Shown here: positions 19,473 through 29,079 of the stretch, piece after piece
How positions within the stretch are numbered: position 1 is the stretch's first letter
Layout: each line of letters opens with the position of its first letter
Assembly: GCA_016926395.1 (NCBI GenBank)
Contig: JAFGOT010000035.1
Span: 692-64,691, forward strand
DNA length: 64,000 bases
Direction: 5' to 3'
Origin: Candidatus Woesearchaeota archaeon
GTDB taxonomy: Archaea > Nanobdellota > Nanobdellia > Woesearchaeales > SKGA01
Translations under genes and position numbers: made by a program
Notes under the pieces: generated by a model
The model's input: the letters and a program-made list of their open reading frames with translations, nothing else
Databases searched by the model: none
Told to the model about the DNA's origin: nothing

Positions 19473-19608
19473 GCGGGGATGCCGGAGCGGCCAAACGGGA
19501 TGGACTCAAGCGTCAAAAGCATTGAGTGAAGAGCCGGATTTTCCGGCTATGACTGAGCAATCCATTGGCTTAGTGCCTACAAGGGTTCGAATCCCTTTCC
19601 CCGCACCA
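19473..19608 (+). tRNA. tRNA-Leu(CAA) with 49-nt intron at 37/38 (19511-19559), CCA encoded
   Basis: Acceptor stem GCGGGGA/TCCCCGC, anticodon arm ATGGA-CT-CAA-G|A-TCCAT, long variable arm, GTTCGAATC T-loop. Canonical BHB: CTCA/TGAG helix, AGC and CAA bulges, GTCA/TGAC helix. Confidence 0.97.
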
Positions 19609-19770
19609 TTTTCTTTAAACTAATTCAAACCATATACTGGATTAAAAACCAAGAGGTTCGAATCGGTTGAATTTATTTAACCCCAAAAATCTTTGATTTT
19701 TGCTTGCCTTTCTCTGTACTTCTCTTTTTTTCATTATATTTTTATACGCTTGATTATTTTATTCTTTTTA

Positions 19771-21078
19771 ATGGTAAATATTATGTCCTTGGGCGGTTCT
19801 CAAGAAGTCGGTCGTAATTGTTTCTATGTGGATGTTGATGAAACTAAAGTAATTTTAGATATGGGTTTTCATCTAGAACAATTTTTAGAACTTTCTGAAG
19901 ATGAATTTTTAACTTCAAAAAATCACACTCTTAGAAAATTTATGAATGGAGGAGCAATTCCCGATATTCGATTGCTTAAACGCGATAGGAAACAAGTTGA
20001 TGCTATTATTTGTTCTCATGCGCATCTCGATCATGTAGCTGCTATTCCTTTCTTAATCAATAAGTTTCGTTGTCCCGTCTACGCCACTCCTTTTACTGCT
20101 AAACTAATTCGTTCTCTATGTCAAGAAAAAAATATTGAATTTGAAATAATTGAAATTCTTCCGGGTGAAACTTTTCATGTTAATAACGTTAAGGTGGAGT
20201 TCATTCAAATTGCTCATTCCACTCCTCAAACGGTTGCTATCGCTCTTCATACTTTGAAGGGTGTTATTCTTTATGCTAATGATTACAAAGAAGATCATAC
20301 TCCTCCTTTTGAGGAAGAAACAGATATAAACCGTATAGCTTCGCTTGCAGGAAAAACTAAAGCTATTTTTCTTGATTCATTATATGCTCCTGATGAAGAT
20401 TTTTGCAAAAGCGAATCTTATGCAAGAGAACAGGTTCTTAATTTGGAAGGTGATTTTTCAAATCATCGAGCAATAATTGCTTCTACTTTTTCATCACACA
20501 TTCATCGTTTACATACGTTAGTTGATTTAGCTGATAAGTTAAATCGTGAAGTTATTTTTGTTGGCCGTTCTCTTTGTAGATATATTGAAGCTGCTAGAGA
20601 TTCTGGTGTTTTGGATTTAACCACCAGAGGTCGTATGCTTAATTTTAAACGGAAAGTAAATTCTTTTTTTAAGAAACCATTTAATCCTAAAGATTATTTT
20701 TTTATAGTTACAGGTCATCAAGGAGAACCAAATGCAGTTTTATCGCGTATGGCGGATGGGATGTTTTCTTTTTCAAAGGATGATGCTGTTTTGTTTTCTT
20801 GTAATGTTATTCCTGTTCCTATATCAATAAATCATCGCTTGGCTTTGGAATCCAAACTTTCTGTTTTTGGTTTATCTATTTACAAAGATGTGCACGTCTC
20901 AGGTCATGCTCACGCAAAAGATCATCGTCATTTAATTTCTCTTTTAAAACCTGACTTTTTGTTTCCAGTTCATGGAATTCCAAAAATGCAAGATGCGATG
21001 GTAAAACTAGCTAGAGAAGAAGGCGTAAAAAATGTTATTTCTTTAAAAGTTGGTGAATTTTTTTCAACTTCTTTTTAA
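19771..21078 (+). CDS. rnj: Archaeal RNase J (MBL/beta-CASP ribonuclease)
   Basis: LGGSQEVGRN, LDMG, SHAHLDH, TGHQGEP, HVSGH and PVHG. Confidence 0.88.
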   Translation: MVNIMSLGGSQEVGRNCFYVDVDETKVILDMGFHLEQFLELSEDEFLTSKNHTLRKFMNGGAIPDIRLLKRDRKQVDAIICSHAHLDHVAAIPFLINKFRCPVYATPFTAKLIRSLCQEKNIEFEIIEILPGETFHVNNVKVEFIQIAHSTPQTVAIALHTLKGVILYANDYKEDHTPPFEEETDINRIASLAGKTKAIFLDSLYAPDEDFCKSESYAREQVLNLEGDFSNHRAIIASTFSSHIHRLHTLVDLADKLNREVIFVGRSLCRYIEAARDSGVLDLTTRGRMLNFKRKVNSFFKKPFNPKDYFFIVTGHQGEPNAVLSRMADGMFSFSKDDAVLFSCNVIPVPISINHRLALESKLSVFGLSIYKDVHVSGHAHAKDHRHLISLLKPDFLFPVHGIPKMQDAMVKLAREEGVKNVISLKVGEFFSTSF

Positions 21079-21187
21079 ATATCTTAGTTGTTTTTAAGTA
21101 ACACAATGTTTATATAGGACGCCCTACTTTTGAAATACTAGAGGAAGGGTGCTTGAACTAGCGCTTTTATATATCCGGGGGATGAAT

Positions 21188-21925
21188 ATGAAATTAACTC
21201 TTGCTGAGCCAAAATATCTTAAAGAAAGTGTTTCTATTATTTCTGAAATTGTTACAGAAGCTACAATCAAAGTGAATGAAGATGGGATTGAATTAATTGC
21301 AATGGATCCTGCGAATGTTGCCTTAGTGGTATTTAGATTATTATCTTCCTCTTTTGTGTCTTATGAAATTGATGGTCCTACAAGTATTACTCTAAATCTT
21401 AATAATTTAAAGCAAGTTCTTAGACGAACAAAAGGAGGGGATACTTTAACTTTAGAGCTTGAAGAAAATAAATTAAAAATCGTCCTTCAATCTACTTCTA
21501 AAAGAACTTTTCATCTTCCTTTAATTGATATGGAAGAAAAAGAACAAAAAGTTCCTGAACTTTCTTTTAACACAACCATTGTTACTCAGTCTTCAATATT
21601 AAATGATGGTGTTGATGATGTTGATATTGTTGGTGAAAGTGTAACTTTGGCTTCTAAAGAAGGTCTTTTTTCTATCAGCAGTAAAGGCGACTTAACTAAA
21701 GCCGATGTGGCTATTCCTGCTGATAAAGTAACCAAAGTGGTTGTTGAAGAAGAATCAAAAGCAAAGTACTCTATTGAATATTTAAAGAAAATGATTGCTG
21801 GCGGAAAATTATCTGATGTTGTTCAAATAAAATTTAGCAATGATTATCCATTGAAATTAGAGTATTTAGTTCAAAACAAACTTGAGTTGTCCTTTATTCT
21901 TGCACCTCGAGTTGACAACGACTAG
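21188..21925 (+). CDS. pcn: PCNA sliding clamp
   Basis: AMDPANVALV, KYSIEYLKKM, DYPLKLEY and FILAPRV. Confidence 0.97.
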   Translation: MKLTLAEPKYLKESVSIISEIVTEATIKVNEDGIELIAMDPANVALVVFRLLSSSFVSYEIDGPTSITLNLNNLKQVLRRTKGGDTLTLELEENKLKIVLQSTSKRTFHLPLIDMEEKEQKVPELSFNTTIVTQSSILNDGVDDVDIVGESVTLASKEGLFSISSKGDLTKADVAIPADKVTKVVVEEESKAKYSIEYLKKMIAGGKLSDVVQIKFSNDYPLKLEYLVQNKLELSFILAPRVDND

Positions 21926-21984
21926 TTGTTAAAAAGAGACTCAATAATTTTTAATTATTGTTTGCCTCGAGTTGACAACGACTA
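21905..21984 (+). repeat. 20-bp direct repeat duplicating the 3' end of pcn
   Basis: CCTCGAGTTGACAACGACTA at 21905-21924 and 21965-21984. Confidence 0.95.
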
Positions 21985-22051
21985 ACTATTTTCATTTCTT
22001 TTTATGCTCTTTTTAGATAGTTTTATATCTTATTTGTTTTAAAAGTTTTTT

Positions 22052-23229
22052 GTGTTAAATATACATCGAAAACATAGAAAACTTTCCAGAGGAAAAGAAT
22101 TATCTTTTTTAGGTTTGTTTGTGGCTATTGGCTTAGCTTGTATTGATTCAATATGGGCTTTGTACATGAATGGTTTTGGTCTATCAGAATCAAGAATTGG
22201 TTTTATCTCTGCATTTTTAGTTATTTTAAGCATCCTATTCACTATTTTTTCAACACCTATAATTGAGTATTTTAAACAAACAAAAATACTATTTTTTAGT
22301 TTAATATCTTCTGTTGTTGCTTACTTTTTTATTGGTTTAGTTGATAGTTTGTCTTTTTTTCTTGCAATGGCTGCTTTATTGACGATCTCAGGAATTTTGC
22401 GTGTTGAGTGTTTAGATATTCTTTTTAGAGACAACACTCCAAAAAAAGACTTGAATAAAGAAGAGGGTTTTCTTTATAGTTTGTTAAATTTAGGTTGGCT
22501 TATTGGTCCTTTAATTGCTGGTTTTTTTATGCTAAAATTTAATTTAGCTTCCGTGTTTTTTGTTTCTGCATTTTTTTTCCTGATTAGTTAATCTTGTTTT
22601 CCATAACTAGCGTGAAAGATGTTTCCAAACCAAGAAAATCCTATGATACTAATTATTTAAGGAATATCAAAGATTTTTTTTCAAATAAGAAACTTCATCT
22701 ACCTTATATTATGGCAACGGGTGTTGAGGTGTGGTGGTCTTTAGTTTATATCTATGTTCCTTTATTTATGATAAAAAATAATTTGTCAGATTCCTCTGTT
22801 GCACTATTTTTCTCTTTGATAATTGTTCCTCTAGTTATATTAGAAAACAAAGTGGGAAATTTATCTTCAAAAAAAGGATTTCGTTTCTTTTTTGTTGGTG
22901 GATTTTTAGGATTAGTTTTAATCTCTCTTTTTCTATTTTTTACTTCTAATATTATTTATCAGTTGGTTTTAATTGTTATTGGTAGTGTTTTTGTATCTTT
23001 TTTAGAACCTATTCAAGATACTTTCTTTTTCAAACAAGTGTTAACTTCGGACGAAGAAAAGTATTATCCCTTATTTTCTTCTTCTGCTGACTTGGGTGGT
23101 TTTTTAGGAAAGTTTGTTATTGCGGCGTTCCTTTTATTTTTACCAAACAAGTATGCTTATGCTAGTATGTTCTTTATGATGTTGTTTTTTGTCTTTATGG
23201 CTCTTAGAATTCCTAAGAATAAAAAGTAA
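22052..23229 (+). pseudogene. MFS transporter split by a 1-nt frameshift (or sequencing error)
   Basis: The N-half (22052-22591, GWLIGPLIAG) and C-half (22594-23229) are in different frames. One added T at about 22588 gives a continuous ~12-TM MFS. Confidence 0.75.
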
Positions 23230-23232
23230 TTT

Positions 23233-23868
23233 TTATTCTTTATTTGATTCTTTTTTTAATCCTATTATCTTGAAGATAAAATGTATTATTCTAAGAATTG
23301 ATTCTAAGACAACGATAAATAATAGGAAGAAAAGCATTGTATCTATCATTGATAAAAATTCTAATCCTTTTGTTACTAGTTCAGATAACGGGATTGCGTG
23401 CATATCAATAACATAAACTCCTAAAAATGCAAACGGAATCATCTTTGCTAAATCTTTTGATAAGTCGCTATTGTAGTGTGCTGCAATTCTTATCGCACCG
23501 ATTATTGCCATTGAAACAAGCATTATTTGGCTTGGTGTATTGCTGCTAAGAAGTAATAGTAGTCCTGCTAAAACAAAGAACCAAAAGAAAACCGCTATTG
23601 GTGCGATTATTAAATATTCTAGCGTGTAAAAAATTCCTTTCATAAATGTTGTTAAAAAGCTTTCTCGCCATTCGTATTTTTTGTGCCAATGTCTTTTTAT
23701 GATATCTTTATCTGCAAGAAATCTGTAAAATTTAAAGATAAAAAAAGAGTATATGAATATTCCAATTGTCAACAATATTAGTGGTTTTAATTCTCCAAAA
23801 ACGTGGCTTGTTTGTGTGCCTAAAATCGCGGTTGCATTAGTTGCGTTTAGTGTTATGTTAACTGCCAT
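23233..23868 (-). CDS. Hypothetical multi-pass membrane protein
   Basis: Several TM segments; FYRFLA and LSKDLAKMIPF motifs. Confidence 0.75.
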   Translation of the reverse strand: MAVNITLNATNATAILGTQTSHVFGELKPLILLTIGIFIYSFFIFKFYRFLADKDIIKRHWHKKYEWRESFLTTFMKGIFYTLEYLIIAPIAVFFWFFVLAGLLLLLSSNTPSQIMLVSMAIIGAIRIAAHYNSDLSKDLAKMIPFAFLGVYVIDMHAIPLSELVTKGLEFLSMIDTMLFFLLFIVVLESILRIIHFIFKIIGLKKESNKE

Positions 23869-23980
23869 TGATGTTTTTTTTCGCTTTTAAGGTTATAAAC
23901 TTTTTTATAAATGAATTTTTGCGCTCAGCTTGGCTAAGCTAAACTTAACTTTATAAATAATGCCTTGTTTTGATACTTTT

Positions 23981-25405
23981 ATGTACAATGGGATAATCAT
24001 TAGGCTTAGTGAGATGGGCCTTAAAAGTCGTCGTAAGCGTCCTTTTTTTGAACGTATGGCAATCAATGCTATTCAAGATGCTTTTTCAAGAAATGGTATT
24101 GGAGATTATAAATTAAAAAATATTGGACAGATGTTTTTTTTAAAAACCGATAATGTTCAAGATATGATTCCTGTTCTAAAAAAAGTTCCTGGTATTCAAC
24201 ATTTTTCTCCTTGTATTTCTTTTCCTTTTGTTTCTTATGATGCTACTGTAGCCCAAACTGTTAAACTTGCAAAACCTCTAATTGAAAATAAAACTTTTAG
24301 AGTTACTGCAAAAAGATCTGGCGTATCAGGATTTACTTCCATGGATCTTGCTGCTAAGTGTGGTGAAGATTTGATGGATTTTAGTGCAGGTGTATCTCTT
24401 AGAAACTCCGATATCAATGTTGTCATCGAAGTTCGTGGTCCTGATTGTTTTTTTTATACTGATTCTGTTAGTGGTTTAGGGGGAATGCCGCCAAAAAGCG
24501 CGGGTACATCTCTTTGTTTATTTAGCGGCGGTCTTGATAGTCCTGTTGCTGCGTATCTTATGCTTAAACGAGGGGTTGTTTTGGATTATGTTTTTGTTAA
24601 TCTTCTAGGAGAAACTGCTCTGGAGCAGGTAGCGCCCGTCTATAATTTTCTAGTGAGCGAATACCAGTATTCTTATCGTCCAACTTTCTGTGAAGTTGAT
24701 GGTAGGGAGTTGGTTGATTTTATTAACAAAAACGTTGAACCAACTTTAAGACAATTAGCTCTTAAAATAGCTTTTTACAAAATATCTGAAATCTTGATCG
24801 AAGAAAATAAAGTTTGGGGTGTTGTAACAGGTGAGGCTCTATCTCAAAAATCATCTCAGACAATTCAAAGCTTGGCCTTCATTCAAGGGCAGTCGTCTGC
24901 ATTTGTTCTTAGACCTTTACTTTCTATGGATAAATCCGATATTATTGCAATAGCTCAACAAATTGGCACTTTTGCTTCTTCCCAAAACGTTCAAGAAATG
25001 TGTAGTTTATCTGATGGTCCTGTTACTGCTGTTCCTGTAAAAAAAGATATTGAGCGAATTCCTAACATTGATGCTGTTATTAAAAAGGCTGTTGAAAATG
25101 TTAAAAGAACTAAAGGTTTACTCCCTCAATTTTCTAATTTGAGTTCTGATTCTCCAACTGTTGAGGGCGAAATAATAGTTGATTTGCGTATTCCTTCTGC
25201 TACAAAACAAGATCCAATTAAATTTGATTATAATTTTCCATATCCTGATATCTTAACTAAATTGAATTTGTTTGAAGAAAATAAGACTTACGTTCTTGTG
25301 TGTCCTCATGGTGTTATTGGTCAAGAAGTTGCATATCTTCTTTCAAAAAGAAAAATTAATGCGCGATCTGTTTCAGTTAAAGAATTTTTAAAACATAAAA
25401 ATTAA
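23981..25405 (+). CDS. thiI: tRNA 4-thiouridine synthase ThiI with C-terminal rhodanese-like domain
   Basis: EMGLKS, THUMP domain (TFRVTAKR), PP-loop SGGLDS, TGEALSQKSSQT, LRPL, EMC, and C-terminal VLVCPHG. TTTATAAA box at about 23950. Confidence 0.92.
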   Translation: MYNGIIIRLSEMGLKSRRKRPFFERMAINAIQDAFSRNGIGDYKLKNIGQMFFLKTDNVQDMIPVLKKVPGIQHFSPCISFPFVSYDATVAQTVKLAKPLIENKTFRVTAKRSGVSGFTSMDLAAKCGEDLMDFSAGVSLRNSDINVVIEVRGPDCFFYTDSVSGLGGMPPKSAGTSLCLFSGGLDSPVAAYLMLKRGVVLDYVFVNLLGETALEQVAPVYNFLVSEYQYSYRPTFCEVDGRELVDFINKNVEPTLRQLALKIAFYKISEILIEENKVWGVVTGEALSQKSSQTIQSLAFIQGQSSAFVLRPLLSMDKSDIIAIAQQIGTFASSQNVQEMCSLSDGPVTAVPVKKDIERIPNIDAVIKKAVENVKRTKGLLPQFSNLSSDSPTVEGEIIVDLRIPSATKQDPIKFDYNFPYPDILTKLNLFEENKTYVLVCPHGVIGQEVAYLLSKRKINARSVSVKEFLKHKN

Positions 25406-25502
25406 TTTGCTTTTTTTATTCCTTTCTGCAAAGTCACTTTTATGCGTTTGCAGTTCTTTTATTCTGTTATGTGGTTGGTCCTATTGTTGCCTTTTTGACT
25501 AA

Positions 25503-27080
25503 TTATTCGACAGCATATGTTTTTATTATTTTTATTTTATTTCTGAAATTAACATCTTTGCTTACTTGGATTGGTTTTGCTTGTCCTGCTTTAGCTAACA
25601 TTTCAGTGTTTAGTTTAGTGTATGTGTTTTCTTCTGCAATGCTAAGAATTGGACTTTTCATTCTTCCAAATTCATTTCTTGTTTCTTTGTATGTTAGAAT
25701 TCTTTGTTGTAAATAATTATCAAATCTTAAAATTATTTTTTTAGCTTCTTCTTTTTTTAATTCTCCGCTCGTTAATTCTATTATTAATTCATATCGTGGT
25801 TTTTCTTGGAGTGATTGGATAAATGGCGTGACTGTAAATCCTGATATTGAAATGTTTTTTAGAGCTTCTTGTGCACATTTTATTATTTCTGTTTGCGGTG
25901 CGTGCTCTTCTGCTATATTTAACCATTTGTTTCTTCCAGCAAACCGAACTATTGGTAGTTTATTTTTAAAATCAATAATTTCTACAATATCTTCAATATC
26001 ATATCTATATAATCCTTCTTGTGTTGTCATTATTATTTTGTATTTTTTTCCTTTTTCTACTTCGTCGATTAACTTAATTTCTCCAAATGCATCATCATTT
26101 TTGTATTCTTGAAACTCAAAGAAGTTTTCGTTTGCTACTATTACTCCTGCATCTTCATAGTCGGTAACTCCTAAACTTATTCTTCCCTCGCTTGAAAATA
26201 TTCCTGGGTCTCTAACCGGAATGTCTTTTCCTATTTTCCTTAACAATTCGTCTATATACATTCCGTGAGTTTCTGTCTTTATGCAACTTATTAGCATTAA
26301 ATCAGGCCACAAATTGATTGGTTTCCAATCCACGTGTTTTAGCTTTTCCACTAATTTATTTTTTCCTCTTTTTGTTAATTCTTCTAAAAGTTCTTCTTTG
26401 TGTTTTTGCAAATAATCAATAAAAATTATTGCTTGAATAGGCGAGGCAGTTCCTATTTGTGTTATTTTACTATCGAGAGCTAAGAGTGAGACTTCAAACA
26501 TTTTTTTCTCGAAGTCTAATTCATCCATCAGTTCGTCAGGTATTACTAATCCTTTTTTTACTATCTTAGGTGTATTCCTTGTAACGTATCCAGAAATGTT
26601 TCCATGTTCAATTCCTCCTTCTGTAAATCCATTGGAGCTATTAGCTGCAAAGTAAAGTGTTTTGCCTGTTGCTAATTTTGGAAATCTTTTAAGCATACTT
26701 ACACTCCATATTGCAAACTCTTCTCTAAATTGATCAATTCTTGTTTTTGTTATGGGAATATATTTTGCTTCATTAGTTGTTCCACTCGTAGTCGCAAAAA
26801 ATTTAACTTTCCTTTTCGTTAGAACGTTTTGTTTGCCTTTTTTTATCTCTTCAATGTATGGTAAGTAATCTTCATATTTGCTTATAGGGATGTTTTTTTG
26901 GAAATCTTTTGTTGTTCTGATTTTTTTAAATTCGTGCTCTTTTCCAAATGTTGTTTTTCTATTTTTTATTAGAATTTTTGCTAGTAAGAACTTTTGAACG
27001 TGTTTTGGATTAACCTGCGAGGCTAAATATCTCTCAACGTAACGTGATTTTCCAAGTAAACGAGGGATGTGCATACACAT
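25503..27080 (-). CDS. GH3-family acyl-acid amido synthetase
   Basis: TTFGKEHEF, PISKYED, ATTSGTT..AKYIP, SSEG, FFEF and GLYRYDIED. Confidence 0.88.
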   Translation of the reverse strand: MCMHIPRLLGKSRYVERYLASQVNPKHVQKFLLAKILIKNRKTTFGKEHEFKKIRTTKDFQKNIPISKYEDYLPYIEEIKKGKQNVLTKRKVKFFATTSGTTNEAKYIPITKTRIDQFREEFAIWSVSMLKRFPKLATGKTLYFAANSSNGFTEGGIEHGNISGYVTRNTPKIVKKGLVIPDELMDELDFEKKMFEVSLLALDSKITQIGTASPIQAIIFIDYLQKHKEELLEELTKRGKNKLVEKLKHVDWKPINLWPDLMLISCIKTETHGMYIDELLRKIGKDIPVRDPGIFSSEGRISLGVTDYEDAGVIVANENFFEFQEYKNDDAFGEIKLIDEVEKGKKYKIIMTTQEGLYRYDIEDIVEIIDFKNKLPIVRFAGRNKWLNIAEEHAPQTEIIKCAQEALKNISISGFTVTPFIQSLQEKPRYELIIELTSGELKKEEAKKIILRFDNYLQQRILTYKETRNEFGRMKSPILSIAEENTYTKLNTEMLAKAGQAKPIQVSKDVNFRNKIKIIKTYAVE

Positions 27081-27157
27081 TTGTCTAAAAACTCCATTTA
27101 TATATGTTTGTTTAGTTTTTTCCCAAACGTTTTTATAGCTGTTATATATAAAATATT

Positions 27158-28948
27158 TTGAAGATGGACCTTCCAGATAATTATGGCTTTGACATTCCAG
27201 ATTATAAGAAATGGCTTTCCTTGCTTTATTTATCTCCTCTAGCTAATGACTTGCTAAAACTGCGTTATTTAAAACGTGACTCTGAAGGTAACATTTGTGA
27301 AGATGTTGTGGGGATGTTTTATAGAGTTGCGAAAAATGTTGCTTCTGCAGACAATCGTTATGGTGGCAATGTGGTTGGTTCAACTGAAAAATTTCTTAAA
27401 CATATGATTGAATTGGATTTAATTCCTGCTTCTCCTATTTTAATGAATGCAGGAAACACTTTGCAATTCTTATTTTCAGATCATGCTCTTGGTGTTCCTG
27501 ATAGTGTTGAAGAGATTTTTGACGTATTAAAAATAAGTGCTACAATTCAGCAACATGGCGGCGGTGTTGGTTTTAACTTCTCTTCTATCAGGCCAAAACA
27601 TGATTCTGTTTCCGGAATGAAAAATGTTGCTTTTGGACCTCTTAGTGTTATGAAAATATTTGATACTTCTTTTAGTGCTATAATCCAAGGTGGACGAAGA
27701 AGTGGTGCTAATATGGCAATTCTTTCAATAGATCATCCTGATGTTCTTTCATTCATTGAGGCTAAGAAAAATGTTAATGTTCTGACAAATTTTAATCTTT
27801 CAGTTGCAGTAACTGATGAATTTATGAAAGCCGTAAAAGATGATTCTTTGTTTAATTTGATTAATCCTAGAAATAATGAAGTTATGCGTTCATTACCTGC
27901 TCGTTATATTTTTGATGCTCTAGTTCAACAAGCATGGAGCACAGGAGATCCAGGGATTGTTTTTATTGATGAAATGAATAGAAAACATCCTTTCAAAAAT
28001 TGTTCTGTTCTTGGCACTGGCTCTTGCGGTCAGTATCAATTAGAATCTTTTGAGGGTGTTCCGTATATGCATATTAATTTGTCAAAAATAGTTACTATCA
28101 AAAATTCTTCCTATAAAGTCGATGAACAAAAGTTACGAGACTTGGTAAGAACCGCGGTTCATTTTTTGGACAATTGTATTGATGTTCATAGATATCCTAA
28201 CTCTCGATTAGAAGAAGCTACCAAACGAGTTAGAAAAATCGGTCTTGGGGTCTTGGGTTTTGCAGATTTACTTTTTAAAATGCGAATTTCTTATGGGTCT
28301 GATGATTGCTTACATTTAATAGATTCTGTGATGAGTATAATTCAAGATGAGTCTCAAAAAGCATCCCATAATTTGGCTTTGCAAAGAGCTCCTTTTCCTG
28401 CTTACAAAGAATCCACTCACAAAAAGCCTTTACGTAATGCTACTATGACTTCTATTGCTCCAACCGGTTCTACAAGTTTAATCGCAGGAACATCTCAGTC
28501 CATTGAACCTGTTTACGCGTTCTCATTCACAACCACCACTAGTGAAGGCGAAGAACTTACAGTTCTTAATAGTGCTTTTCAAGAAGCGGTGGATACGCTG
28601 ACTGTCGATAGGACATCTAAGATACAACTAAAATTTGTTGATTCAATTCAAAACATTCCTTGGTTGGATGATGATTTTAAACATGTATTCAAAACCGCAA
28701 TGGATATTGACCCTAAAGACCATGTTGCTGTTATGAGTCGATTTCAAAAATATGTTGATAATTCCATTTCTAAAACGATAAATATTCCTCACGAGGCAAC
28801 TCAACAAGATATTTCTGAAATATTTTTCTTAGCTTATGAATCATCTTGTAAAGGTATTACTATTTATCGAGATAGGTGTAGAGATAGCCAAGCTTTGCTT
28901 ACAAAGCCTCAAACTAGGCTTTCAGCTTTCGACGAATCAAAAGTCTAA
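27158..28948 (+). CDS. Class II (AdoCbl) ribonucleotide reductase homologue with degenerate active site
   Basis: NrdJ scaffold (SPILMNAG, GGGVG, QGGRRSGANM, HPD, NFNLSV, APTGS, SISKTIN, KGITIYRD), but GSCGQ replaces NPCGE and both redox Cys are absent. Start may be 27164. Confidence 0.9.
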   Translation: MKMDLPDNYGFDIPDYKKWLSLLYLSPLANDLLKLRYLKRDSEGNICEDVVGMFYRVAKNVASADNRYGGNVVGSTEKFLKHMIELDLIPASPILMNAGNTLQFLFSDHALGVPDSVEEIFDVLKISATIQQHGGGVGFNFSSIRPKHDSVSGMKNVAFGPLSVMKIFDTSFSAIIQGGRRSGANMAILSIDHPDVLSFIEAKKNVNVLTNFNLSVAVTDEFMKAVKDDSLFNLINPRNNEVMRSLPARYIFDALVQQAWSTGDPGIVFIDEMNRKHPFKNCSVLGTGSCGQYQLESFEGVPYMHINLSKIVTIKNSSYKVDEQKLRDLVRTAVHFLDNCIDVHRYPNSRLEEATKRVRKIGLGVLGFADLLFKMRISYGSDDCLHLIDSVMSIIQDESQKASHNLALQRAPFPAYKESTHKKPLRNATMTSIAPTGSTSLIAGTSQSIEPVYAFSFTTTTSEGEELTVLNSAFQEAVDTLTVDRTSKIQLKFVDSIQNIPWLDDDFKHVFKTAMDIDPKDHVAVMSRFQKYVDNSISKTINIPHEATQQDISEIFFLAYESSCKGITIYRDRCRDSQALLTKPQTRLSAFDESKV

Positions 28949-29032
28949 AACTTTAATATATATTTTCTATAAGTTATGTTCTAATATTCCTTTTGAAGTT
29001 GAATTAATTATATAAATGAAACTGTTTCCAAA

Positions 29033-29079
29033 CTACTACATGTAGTGTTCATAAAATTTAAAAACACTACATATAGTGT
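29033..29079. promoter_or_regulatory. Tandem NrdR-box-like operators upstream of nrdJ
   Basis: CTACTACATGTAGTGT (29033-29048) and ACACTACATATAGTGT (29064-29079), 31 bp start-to-start, just downstream of TTATATAAA (29008-29016). Confidence 0.85.

Noticed and set aside
19650..19664. tRNA T-arm-like fragment CAAGAGGTTCGAATC downstream of tRNA-Leu (possible att remnant)
   Set aside because: A short imperfect match with no acceptor-stem 3' sequence and no integrase nearby; it cannot be told from chance.
21905..21984. Possible mini-CRISPR (20-bp repeat, 40-bp spacer)
   Set aside because: Only two copies, the first lies inside the pcn coding sequence, the repeat is short, and there are no cas genes or leader.
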